Source: Phoronis australis (Eukaryota > Animalia > Phoronida). Taken from it: a stretch of DNA of 64,000 nt. Position numbers and translations under genes: made by a program. Location: assembly GCA_002633005.1 (NCBI GenBank), contig NMRA01000475.1:275130-339129 (forward strand). The letters are read 5' to 3'. The notes below the pieces were generated by a model. It was not told the origin of the DNA, searched no databases, and saw only the letters and a program-made list of their open reading frames with translations. Shown piece after piece: positions 52,254 to 63,275 of this stretch (its first letter is position 1; the number at the start of each line of letters is the position of its first letter).

Positions 52254-53258
52254 CACAGTATGAACCTTGGTACTCGTCTAGTGGCGCTCTTTGGGATGAC
52301 CAGTTTTAAAAAATGTGAGAAAAGGCTGCCCGTTTCAAGACAACCTCGGTAAAAACGGCGGATAAATGAGGAATTTTAACATTTGTGGTTAAAAAATGTT
52401 ACAGAAACCTACATTGTTTTAAGGTAGGTGGATACACAAAAAAATTAATTTTGACTGTTTTTTACATTTTTATGTCATCCTAATCTTTAATTCTTGATGC
52501 ACAGTATACTGAAGAAAAATAAAATCATTCTAAAAATCCAGAGTTGTTTTTTTAGCTATATTTGACAAAGCCTCAGTAAGTCATATGGCTTGAGTGCTCA
52601 CCAGCTCAGTGATTGACAACTGGGGCGGAGCTTACATACAAGGACACTAGCTCTAATCTAACCCTGTCAACAAGCATTACGTAACCAGGCAATCGAGAGT
52701 GATGTACCAGCTGATATTGGTGTTGTAGCAAGACCAAGAATAAAACAATTCTATTTNCACAGTATGAACCTTGGTACTCGTCTAGTGGCGCTCTTTGGGA
52801 TGACCAGTTTTAAAAAATGTGAGAAAAGGCTGCTCGTTTCAAGACAACCTCGGTAAAAACGGCGGATAAATGAGGAATTTTAACATTTGCGGTTAAAAAA
52901 TGTTACAGAAACCTACATTGTTTTAAGGTAGGTGGATACACAAAAAAATTAATTTTGACTGTTTTTTACATTTTTATGTCATCCTAATCTTTAATTCTTG
53001 ATGCACAGTATACTGAAGAAAAATAAAATCATTCTGAAAATCGAGTTGTTTTTTTAGCTATATTTGACAAAGCCTCAGTAAGTCATATGGCTTGAGTGCT
53101 CACCAGCTCAGTGATTGACAACTGGGGCGGAGCTTACATACAAGGACACTAGCTCTAATCTAACCCTGTCAACAAGCATTACGTAACCGGGTAATCGAGA
53201 GTGATGTACCAGCTGATATTGGTGTTGTAGCAAGACCAAGAATAAAACAATTCTATTT
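52254..53258. other. ~500-bp near-identical direct duplication across an N (probable haplotype/contig overlap artefact)
   Basis: 52254-52756 and 52758-53258 differ by a handful of SNPs/indels and meet exactly at N52757. Confidence 0.85.
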
Positions 53259-54859
53259 TTGACCATGTGAAAGTTGGTAGTGAAATGGTGAACTAGCTCC
53301 TGTTCCGAGCCTGAGCCTGTTTGTCTATCTGCAAAAAAATTAAGTTGAGTACGCCAAGCCCTACCGAAGCCATCACTGCACTCAGCTTGAGGAGTCCGTG
53401 CAGAAATTGTGCATGTATAAGAGAAGTCGGTAATATAAGGTCAGGTGTCTTGCGAGAGGACGCTGAGTGTCGACGTGGGTGGTGTTCGGTGAGAGTGCAT
53501 GCACGCGCTGTGAAGACAAGCCGCGCGCGCGACACATGGACAACTACATGCCCTCAGAGTAAAGTCTTCGCAGATAAACCGTGCTTCTGTGGTGGGAACG
53601 CGCCGTGGAGAAACTAGGCTGTCAAACCCAGAGGATTTTTAACTTGCCACTGGCCGTAACCCAAAGAATTAGAGAAATGACCCAGTGTTCAACATAACAA
53701 AAATTTTGCTAGTGCATAGATTCAGACATAACCCGGAATTAACACTCATGATATTATACGATTTTAGAGGAAAGCAATATTAGAAACTTTAGTAACTTGA
53801 GAATCTCACCCAAGCGACGCTATTTGTGCAGAAAGTGATATTTTCTTATCCCAAAGTCCATTCGGTACATTACTATGAAAGTAGTGCTTTATCCTCGTCG
53901 CCAATATTGTTATGTAGGCAGTAACGCGGCGATTTGATATAACACATATATTGGTTTATGATAATATTGGAATACTAACAAATAGGTCTGTGTAATATAG
54001 TTAGAGAGTCTTTTACAAACCGAGTGGAGAGTTCAGATGAATCGTGTAAACAATCAACACATGGTTTTAATGTGTGGTCGGCACACCAGTACAGCAGACA
54101 ATAGATCAACGCTAAGCTCCGCCCACGTGACAGCCATATTTGTTTTGGTCGTCTGTCGTGCTTCACAAGTGCGAAAAAACGATTAAAATTACGCTGTAAA
54201 CAAACAGGTATGTCACATTTTCTAGATATGAAGTAAATATCAGCTTTATTTCTAGTACTTCAACAAAAATTGGAACATAATGACCACGCATTTTGAACGA
54301 AATTTGATCTCAAGTGGCAATCGATGACCGCTTAACTTCAAAGCCGTTTTTCTCGGCTCTTTATTTCGGGATAGTGACAAGATTCTCGGGCCTATTTTTC
54401 CACAACACGTGGGTCAATTTTTATGAAAGTTGCAAATTTGAAATCCTCTAGGACTGAAGTAAAATCGCATGCCAGGGTTTTTTAATAAATGGACCAGGTT
54501 TTTAGTTATTAGACGGAAAGTGACCAAAGGACAAAAAGTGGCGTGCTTACCCCAACTCACACACAAAAAATGCCACAAAATCAAGATCATAATGATTTTG
54601 TACATATATTTGGTATGGATAAGTAGAATATTGCGTAAGGAAACAGTTGATGATGATCCCTGTGCATTTTGAAAAAAAAATTCGAGGTAAAATTGGATTT
54701 TTTGAAAATTAAAAAATACGATTTTTAAAAAAAAACGAACTACAAAAAACTTTTTTTTTTTCGATTTTTGTCACTTTCAGTCATGTCTTACTAGTTAAAC
54801 CTCCCTTTTTACTCATTTTAGTTAGGAACCTGGAGATTTGATCAGTGTATACACCTACC
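52927..54859 (+). mobile_element. Non-autonomous TTAA element (Kolobok-type, GG..CC termini) with transposase remnant
   Basis: TTAA|GGTAGGTGGATACAC ... GTGTATACACCTACC|TTAA. ~53390-53625 reads PCRNC...LREDAECRRGWCS / WTTTCPQSKVF / INRASVVGTRRGETRL across frameshifts. Confidence 0.75.
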
Positions 54860-56371
54860 TTAAGGTAGATAAATATTCTGACAGAAATCAAGATCACTGA
54901 ATATGGTGTTCCATTTTTATCATACATAGATGCTGTACTGTTAATCAGCAAATGTTGGCAACCATGTTTACAGGGGAGTACATCCCTGTCCTGTGACTTC
55001 AGGGGTGACTTGATACGGAATTCATGCACAAGGCGAATGCCAGTCCCGCGAATTTGGACACCCACTTTTCAAATCCTAGATGAGTCCCTCAGTGGTTGTC
55101 ATTCATTTGGCTTTTCAGTGTTAGTCACTTCACCTAGTTCTAAAGGATAACTATAAAGTTTACTTGCATCACAGTACTGAGTACGGTTTTCCACACTACA
55201 AATTCATTTAGCCAGTGAAAAAGTTTCTGCCGATGGATGATGTGGACAACCGAAGATCGTTTTTGGTGGGTCAAAATTTAGTTCAGTGGCGTTAGATTTC
55301 TTTGGATATTAGTTTTGACTATGAATCAATTATGAATGTGTGCAAATTCGCAGTGTTTTTGCTTTTGTTCAACGTTTCTGCTTTAATCTTGTTTTTGTGC
55401 AAACTTGTATATTTGATGGCAGCATGACCTTTAGGCACTAAACTTTTTTTCAACATTTGTTCACATGCTGTGTGATCAGAAGGCTGATCGCACATCTGAT
55501 CTGCTCTGTGAAGCAAACTACAGGTGCATGGCAATGCTCTTTGGACATTGTCTGTTCTGTTTTCTTATCATCCACTACCAACAGCTTCATTTAAGTGATT
55601 GATGTAACTTGGTAAGCTCTGCTCAGCTAAGGTGGTTGCACACGACTGACCAAAATATTTGCATTTTGTACGTGCAATGTAACGCTAAGTAATTGTACTA
55701 TGGCTGATAAGATGCCTTTGTGAGTGCTACATTGTGCGACAGATCTGCCTTCTGTGGCCTGTTTCATGAGCATTGACTTAAGTCAGAAATTTGATCTCAC
55801 GCTCCAGTGTATATATCTGAAAAATAATTTTAAAGTCTCATTCGAGCAAAAGTGTAAAATATGAGAATATTCACATTGATTGTCATGCACTCATAATTAC
55901 TTGTCTAAAGCTTTTTCAGCAATTGTGAAGTGGTAGCATAAGAATAAATATCTGTCTTGAGTCTTAATCATTTTTATGAAACAAACCCATGGTCAGATGT
56001 TTCATAATTATTCCACATGTGAACACATAAATTTTAAGCTTGGCATACGTTGAATAACAATGCTAAAATTGTACTATTACACATCAAATCCTTTGACAGT
56101 CATAGTTAAGCAGTGTTATGTAATGAAACAACCCAAGATCTTTGATCTGGGTGCAAAAAATTAATAGAGCCACATGTCTCTGTCTTCTCTAACAATAATC
56201 GCAGAAAATTTAATCTGTGTCTCCAGAAAAATCTGATCCACAGTTGTTGTTAGCGCAAGGTTATTTTTGTTTTCTGATCAAAGGTCATGATTCCTTTCAA
56301 AGCATAATATACAAAAAATTGGTTCAATTGTAACTTTATCAGTTTTATTCCCCTAATTCTGGTACACCAAG

Positions 56372-56483
56372 ATGATGGTCCCATATTACACAGCAATACT
56401 TGAATCTCATGCTGTTTACCCATGATGCTGGTCCCATATTACACAGCAATACTTGAATCTCATGCTGTTTACCCACGATGCTG
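56372..56483. repeat. ~53-bp tandem duplication
   Basis: GGTCCCATATTACACAGCAATACTTGAATCTCATGCTGTTTACCCA occurs twice. Confidence 0.9.
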
Positions 56484-57696
56484 CAACATTTGACAAACAG
56501 TTCTGTCGACTCGTTTTTGCTCTCACGTTATTTGTTGGTGCTTTGATTTTCAATTTTTCTCAACTGCATTAACTGTATTTAACCATCCCATGTTCCAGCA
56601 AAGTTTTAGTGCTGACATCGCTGCTCATTACTCATGATTAATTATGACCCAAAATAGATTTACTATGTTATGCCCCTTAAATGGGAGTCAATCTAACACA
56701 AGTATCTCTTGACAAGCATCTCCTGAAGAATAACATTAGAAATTGCACTTGAGAAAGCTCAGACCTCAAGCTTCATCAATATCACAGGAAACTAAAGTAC
56801 ACTCCAGGTTTGTTGAAATTTAAACTTTCTCAGGTTCAGTAGCCATTTTCGAGAGAAACAGTACTGAACCTCCTATAAGAACTTTCTACACGATGAGTGG
56901 TCTAGGGTGTCCTACTGTCCAAGATCACAATACACACTCCAACTATCTACCACACACATTCAGTGAGACTCTATACTTCCATGCATTGGAAACCAGGGTG
57001 GGTAAGGTCTTATCAATGTTTGGGGTCAACTATCAAACAGAAGGTCAAGTGATGACATTTTTTGAGCAAGTACACAGACAAAATTTAGGTAAAATCATGA
57101 CATTGGAAATAATTGATATTTGGAAACTATTAGATATATTAAAAAACTGATATCCAGTTACATATGGTAGCATTAAAATGTTATTGATGAATAGGTTATT
57201 GGATAAATACCTTCGGAATCGTCTCTGCAACCATTCCCTTTTCATGCGGAAGACCTCCTGAAGTATAAATAATGTAATGAAAACTGATGAAGATCTTCAC
57301 CGACAATTAACGCTCATTATGCACACAAAAATCAATTTAATTTCACATTTGAATATTAAATAATTTGTTAAATACAGCTATATATTAATTGCTTTAAAGA
57401 GGCATTCTCTGCAAGAAAAATAATGTTACAGAAACTAGAAATAGTGTGATATCCCACTAGTCTGCAGCAAAAGGTGAGTACTGTATTTTTTAGCGTATCA
57501 AATGTTAAAGATACGGCCACGATTTCAGCAAATGTCAGACAATGGTGAGAATCGGCAAATTGTAATAAAATTGTAAAAATGCAACAGATTTTGCTGTTTC
57601 ATAGATCAGGTCAAAGCTAATAACATAAAAAAGACTACACCGTTGAATTCACTACTTGCACACTTTGGTGGCACTACAAAAAATGATTGCTGTGCA

Positions 57697-57751
57697 TTGT
57701 TGTTTAAGACACAGTGCCTTGTTGTTTAAGACACAGTGCCTTGTTGTTTAA
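57697..57751. repeat. 22-bp minisatellite, left part (~2.5 units)
   Basis: (TTAAGACACAGTGCCTTGTTGT)n, interrupted at a TTAA by the Kolobok element. Confidence 0.95.
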
Positions 57752-58062
57752 AGTGTAAATTGCAAGGTCTAAGTATGTTAAATTGTAATAATATTTTCAA
57801 GATATTGTTAGTTGGATATATCATGGTGTTGGGGAACACAAACTAGATCAATATCCCACAATGCAGTTTACCGCCCATACAAAACAGTGGAAGACGAANT
57901 AAAAAGCGAAAATTAAAAAAAAATCCGCGAAAAGTTGACCTTTGACACCGTGACATGGTGTTGGGGAACACAAACAAGATCAATATCCCACAATGCAGTT
58001 TACCGCCCATACAAAACAGTGGAAGACGAACAAGGAGCGTTCAATCTTGGCGTGATTTAGAC

Positions 58063-58308
58063 ATGGTACATTGGTGTGTGTGCGCCAACTGTGCTAACAC
58101 CAGCCAGGTGGAAGGCGTGACCCTATTTAGGTTTCCCAAAGACAAGCATCTGGCCGCGAAATGGCACGTTTTCGTGTGCACTGCTCGTTATTGGAAAATG
58201 ACTGTCGAGTCGGCCATATCTGTCGGAGCCGAAATATGCTCCTACCACTTTGAGGACGGCTGCTTCGACGACAAACATCATGAAGTTTGAAGCTGGTCTT
58301 GTGAAAAA
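58063..58308 (+). pseudogene. Kolobok transposase exon 1 (THAP domain), frameshifted near the end
   Basis: MVHWCVCANCAN...VTLFRFPKDKHLAAKW...ICSYHFEDGCFD (C2CH THAP). A shifted frame continues IMKFEAGLVK to the donor AA|GTAAGT at 58308/58309. Confidence 0.85.
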
Positions 58309-58788
58309 GTAAGTTATCTTCATAATTTATGGCTTAGATCCATGACGCTTGCTCAGTGCTTGAGCTATAACGATCTTTTTTCGCAATCACCATAGTTCTC
58401 GCGGTCAGCAATTGCTGAGTGTTGCCGGTGGTATTTCTTTGGAATGTTGCCCAGTAGGCTATTAGTTGATTCAACTGTTCTTGGTGTTGTGTGTGTAGCA
58501 GCGCTAGTTGAGCATCATGTTGACCCAATGCAATTTCATTTGCTGATGGTTCTCAAAGTCAAGTCACGCGAAGTCAGTAAGGATCATTTAGGGTATCACA
58601 TTTTTGAGAATCATTGTCTTCAGCCAAATTAGAGTGGAGATATACACCTGGTACTATGGGGAGAGCAGCACTTGGGGGGACCATACCTTCAGCCCCCTCT
58701 GAAGTAACTATACATACTATAGCCCTGTTGTAGATGTGCTTCCGGTGAATCATATGAGCCTCTGTTAGCTACTCGCTAATGGGAAATT

Positions 58789-59050
58789 GCCTATTAGCTG
58801 AATGGTTAGCACGCTTGCCGGTTTTATGGGGGTCGAGGGTTCGATTCCTGAGTCGGGTAATCTCGGCTATTACTACAGCCCCCCGCCCCCTACGAGGCTA
58901 TGGTGCGCTTATGAATATCAGAGACCACTGTATTTGAGCATCAGGAGGTCCTTTGTGGGGTTTTGTCAACCAAGTAATAGATGGTGGTGTGCTGACAAAA
59001 GTTTGAACTGTTCTAACGATGGTACTTAAGTTGCACGGTTTTGATTATTA
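58789..59050 (+). mobile_element. tRNA-derived SINE nested in the Kolobok element
   Basis: A box TAGCTGAATGG (58795-58805) and B box GGTTCGATTCC (58838-58848), then a non-tRNA body. The 3' boundary is approximate. Confidence 0.6.
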
Positions 59051-59210
59051 AAGTAACCTGCTTCAAAAATAAAACAGGGTTAACTCTGGTTTTGGCCTTT
59101 GCTTGAAGGTTATAAAAGTAGGCGAAAACTTGCACTTAGGTGACGTCGTGTTTAACTTAAATCATTGATTCAAAATGATTTTTACTTTAAATTGCAGTTG
59201 TGCTTTTCAG

Positions 59211-59392
59211 AGTATGTGAACGAAGTAAGGAAGAATACGTTACACTTGTTGCGAAATAAAAGAGAAGCCAGTGACCTCGAAATTTGTTTGGAAATTGACG
59301 CCCCTCCAATGCTGAGTGCTGGTGCTCCAGACGTGTCCAAGGAGGAGGCCGTGGCACGGATGAGGAGCCGATATCCAGACAAATTCAATTAG
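59211..59392 (+). pseudogene. Kolobok transposase last exon
   Basis: TTTTCAG|AG TAT GTG gives (E)YVNEVRKN...APPMLSAGAPDVSKEEAVARMRSRYPDKFN*, resembling the 'YV...PPPL...KEEAIxxHxSRF' C-terminus of THAP-Kolobok transposases. No DDE-core exons lie between 58309 and 59210. Confidence 0.7.
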
Positions 59393-60691
59393 ACTGCTTG
59401 TTTTGTCAATGGACAGTACTGATATTTCTTTCCATCACATACATGACAATGAATGATATTGGGGCACGAAAAGACTGACGACCCACACAGGTACCTTTTC
59501 GCCCCCTTACCGATGCATTATATGGGACGGCAACAGTTTACTGTTAATCAAATAAACCTAAAAGCTATGCCACAATATTTATAGTCATTATATTGAAGTA
59601 ACATTGAAATGTTTCAATGTTAGAACATAGTATGTCGCAGGGTTTATACAAAGCGGACAGCCATATGGCACGCTCAAAAGTGTTTCACGATTTCCAATAC
59701 TGGTACTATAAATACTCTAGCATTGCTATCTGTACAGCTTAAAAAAAAAACCCTAAAACATTGGTAGTGATGAAAATATACATGGGTCGTCAGTCTTCTC
59801 GTGTCTGCCAATATCATTCAAATTGTACGACAGAATAATCATTTGCACAGAATCCCAACTCTACTGTCTAACATTTTCTTGCGAGTTTTTTTGCGAGTGG
59901 TCCAAGCACTCTCTCCAGATTTCTCACTTCCTATACATGTGTATAATTTTGTGTGTTTTATACCATGTCATAGACATCTGAAGCTATTGCATACTGTAGC
60001 TTTTGGGTGGAAATTCAGTACTTTGCCACGTCATGGTAGTTAATGTCTTGTTGAATTACAGTAGAACTCGGTAAGTTGGAGCCAGTGAGACAGATATTTC
60101 ATCGAAGTCAAAGTTACTTGGAGGCGTTACAGGAATTAATGCATGCTAGCCTTTCTAGTTTCCAATGAAGCACTACCAATGTAACGAGTCCTACTGTATA
60201 AGAAGAGGGCAGGAGATTCAGTCTCTACCTCAGACAATAGTCCAGATTTTTATGTAACAGCAATATTGTTGAATGTGTTCACTTGAAACTCACTAACAAC
60301 TCCAGTGAGACCAATTCCTAAGTAAACCATAACTGATGTTGAGTTTAGAGGTTTATAATGTAGTTCTAGTAACATTACACTTGTCATGACCATGTCACTA
60401 TAAGTTCCTGAACATCAATATATGCTACTTTCTTTGTCAATTGTTTACCATTCTGAAAACACAGAAATCCATCATGGAATGCCAACTTCATTTTTGTACC
60501 ACTGAGATTGCGCTGTGATTGCATTCGTTTGTTAGGATATTTGTTCTCTCTATGGAACTTGTCACTTATTTCAACTCGTCCAAAGTAGATACTCCCCGAG
60601 TCACAAGTTTTAGTAATAGAGTACTTAGGTAATGAGCTGGAGTTGGCATTCCAGGGATAAGACAACTCGATATATATATACATAAATGAAA

Positions 60692-61100
60692 CTAATAAGA
60701 AAACCCTTGAAACTCAAAGTCCTCCTCATTTCCCGGTGGAGGGTAAAAAGCTCTGATGCAGGCTACTGCGCATGCTGGAATTACAACACGGACAGTTCGT
60801 CCTAGGTGACCATGCACCCATCTTTGGAACTGTCTGTAGGCTATGTGTCGCATCCTTTTATCAAAGGGTCCGTCATAGCCATCCGGATATTGGCTTTTAT
60901 ACTGCAACCATGCAGTCTCCAAAACATCACGATTGATGCACACAGGTTGAAAACTTCCATGGTACACGATACATTTTTTTCTTCCGTTTAAGTTGTCCCT
61001 CTTCATTTCGTCCTCAAGTTTAGCAATAACTTTGTCGACTTCTTGACAACATACTCTTTCTTCAATGACTGCAGTAGTCTGACAGTTGTCACACGTGCAC
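60692..61100 (-). CDS. KolX (P2RX7 intracellular ballast-like Zn-binding protein), exon 2, open frame
   Basis: CTTGCAG|G TGC ACG TGT gives (W)CTCDNCQ...EERVCCQE...CIVYHGSFQPVCINRDVLETAW...RMRHIAYRQFQRWVHGHLGRTVRVVIPACAVACIRAFYP...FQGF*. Confidence 0.9.
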
Positions 61101-61865
61101 CTGCAAGATGTGACAATATGTATACATTACTTTAGTAAACATCAAAATGTCGAATTGAAAAAATTACTGATTTACCAAGAGTGTCTCGGCCAAATTAATT
61201 GAGGGTTTGCAATGACCTCAGTTTTCGAGAAGACTGATTGTTGAGCAGCGACCTGTTTAAAACAGAACAAAAATGAAACTAAATTCCAAAAAACAAGCTT
61301 TGAAACATCACATAAATAGTAAAGATATTTACTTTTCATACAAATGAATACTGCTACACCCAGGGCAGTGGCAGATCATGCCTGGGGGATATATATATAG
61401 GAATGGACATACTTAGTTTGATTTGCTGACACCTGATTCATTGATGGAGGGGTCTGTTTTGTTAATAATCGTGAATATTACAGTAAACATTTTTAAAAAC
61501 TTCTCAATATCCGATGCCTTCTATACTCTTTAGAAACTTTACCAGACGGTTCCTTCCCAAGTCAACTCGCACCCAAGCCATGTACCAATTTTCACAAATA
61601 ACAGCAACATTAGGTACATAGGCATGAAAGCATTGACTTACACAAACTAAACCTGGTTAGAAAAACGTGTGTACATTGCTCTGGGTCCAAGTTGACTTGG
61701 CCCTAGAGTATGAAAATGAAGTGACCTGTTTTATAACCCATGGAATTCCCTCCGGCCCCCAGGTAAGAAAGTCTAAGTTGCAAAATTGCAATTCTTTTTT
61801 CCTCTTGTTTACACTACACAGTTGAGTATTGGGAGGTGGTTCTCATTCTTTCCCATGCATACATT

Positions 61866-62007
61866 TATTCACTCACTAGTAAGACTGAGCTCAGGGGAGT
61901 AGGAGACAACTTCGTACAATGCCCAATTGTCTGCCAGTGAAAGCCAGGATTCGAACCCGAGTCTCACAAACAAGAGTCCGGGGCCCAAACCAATGCGCCA
62001 CTGTCTA
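61866..62007 (-). mobile_element. tRNA-derived SINE in the KolX intron
   Basis: Minus strand: A box TGGCGCATTGG and B box GGTTCGAATCC; body homologous to 16668-16815. Confidence 0.65.
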
Positions 62008-62222
62008 CAAATAATGAAAGACCACACATTGTTGAGTGATTTGCGTAAGTGCAACGAGTCCCATTTTTTATCACTGAAACTGGTACTTATCCACGGCTGA
62101 AAAATGATTCATCAGTGGGGACGAGAGCGCCTGGGAGTGACCGGTAAAGCTACTGAACTTAAAATTAAAAAAGACCAAGTAGTAATTCGCGGTAGTATGA
62201 TGCATATTTATAATATTCTTAC

Positions 62223-62492
62223 CAGTCACTAACATTCTGTCGCAACTCCTGCGCACCTTCTGCCCGTTGATATTCACTGCACGAACCGGCTGGGGCTGGA
62301 TCGTCGACAACCGGAGCAAGGGAAACGGTTCTACTAGAGAGAAGGTGTGAGCACAAATTCAACGGTTCCTATGGGGTCTGTCGCCTCCTCCTCCACATCC
62401 GAAACGTCAGAATCGTCTGAAAACTCCACCTGACCCTCCCTGTATCTTTCAAAATATTCTTCATCTACGCTGCTGTACTCACTGGGATCCAT
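62223..62492 (-). pseudogene. KolX exon 1 (acidic N-terminus), carries a frameshift
   Basis: ATG 62492 gives MDPSEYSSVDEEYFERYREGQVEFSDDSDVSDVEEEATDP...LTPSL*. Another frame ends ...ELRQNVSD TG|GTAAG and splices to exon 2 as SDWCTC. The exon is 270 nt but a 3n+2 length is required. Confidence 0.75.
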
Positions 62493-62727
62493 ATTGTTTT
62501 CTTTGTGTTCCCCAACACCACGTCACAGATGTGTAACGAAGGAAAATGGCGCCGTTTCTATTTTCCGTTACAACAATGGCGTTACAACGCCACGGCAACA
62601 AATATGTAAATAACTTTTTATAGCGACGTACAATTCAGTTAATATTAAGAATATAGCAATAATAATTATAAACATGAATTTAGAGCATATTGTTGTTCAG
62701 ATTGGTTGAGACCTTGCAATTTACACT

Positions 62728-63275
62728 TTAAGACACAGTGCCTTGTTGTTTAAGACACAGTGCCTTGTTGTTTAAGACACAGTGCCTTGTTGTTTAAGAC
62801 ACAGTGCCTTGTTGTTTAAGACACAGTGCCTTGTTGTTTAAGACACAGTGCCTTGTTGTTTAAGACACAGTGCCTTGTTGTTTAAGACACAGTGCCTTGT
62901 TGTTTAAGACACAGTGCCTTGTTGTTTAAGACACAGTGCCTTGTTGTTTAAGACACAGTGCCTTGTTGTTTAAGACACAGTGCCTTGTTGTTTAAGACAC
63001 AGTGCCTTGTTGTTTAAGACACAGTGCCTTGTTGTTTAAGACACAGTGCCTTGTTGTTTAAGACACAGTGCCTTGTTGTTTAAGACACAGTGCCTTGTTG
63101 TTTAAGACACAGTGCCTTGTTGTTTAAGACACAGTGCCTTGTTGTTTAAGACACAGTGCCTTGTTGTTTAAGACACAGTGCCTTGTTGTTTAAGACACAG
63201 TGCCTTGTTGTTTAAGACACAGTGCCTTGTTGTTTAAGACACAGTGCCTTGTTGTTTAAGACACAGTGCCTTGTT
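62728..63275. repeat. 22-bp minisatellite, right part (~25 apparently identical units)
   Basis: (TTAAGACACAGTGCCTTGTTGT)n directly visible. Confidence 0.98.

Larger units (their letters stand above)
57752..62727 (+). mobile_element. Kolobok DNA transposon, 4,976 bp, internally deleted/non-autonomous, in PPM1 intron 2
   Basis: Perfect 19-bp TIR AGTGTAAATTGCAAGGTCT / AGACCTTGCAATTTACACT; TTAA TSD (57748-57751, 62728-62731); convergent THAP-transposase and KolX genes. Confidence 0.93.

Noticed and set aside
52254-53258. A genuine tandem duplication or LTR-like direct repeat (also 57822-57898 vs 57954-58030)
   Set aside because: Both abut an N and differ by only a few SNPs, as expected for overlapping contig ends or haplotypes; the first also includes flanking DNA outside the element.
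57435-57473. Candidate PPM1 exon 3 (ends AAAG|GTGAGT)
   Set aside because: It has an in-frame TAG in the required phase and no LPPGG-type similarity; no exon 3 was found in the window.
58789-58860. Functional tRNA genes (also 16668 and 62007)
   Set aside because: A and B boxes are present, but I could not fold a convincing cloverleaf, and each runs into a non-tRNA body; called SINE heads.
60692-61100. A host P2RX7 receptor gene
   Set aside because: No P2X channel or ectodomain exons; the domain lies within TIRs opposite a THAP transposase, so it is KolX.
62728-63275. CRISPR-like regular array (also 12243-12445, 30175-30306)
   Set aside because: Units are head-to-tail with no unique spacers, there are no cas genes, and the context is eukaryotic; these are minisatellites.
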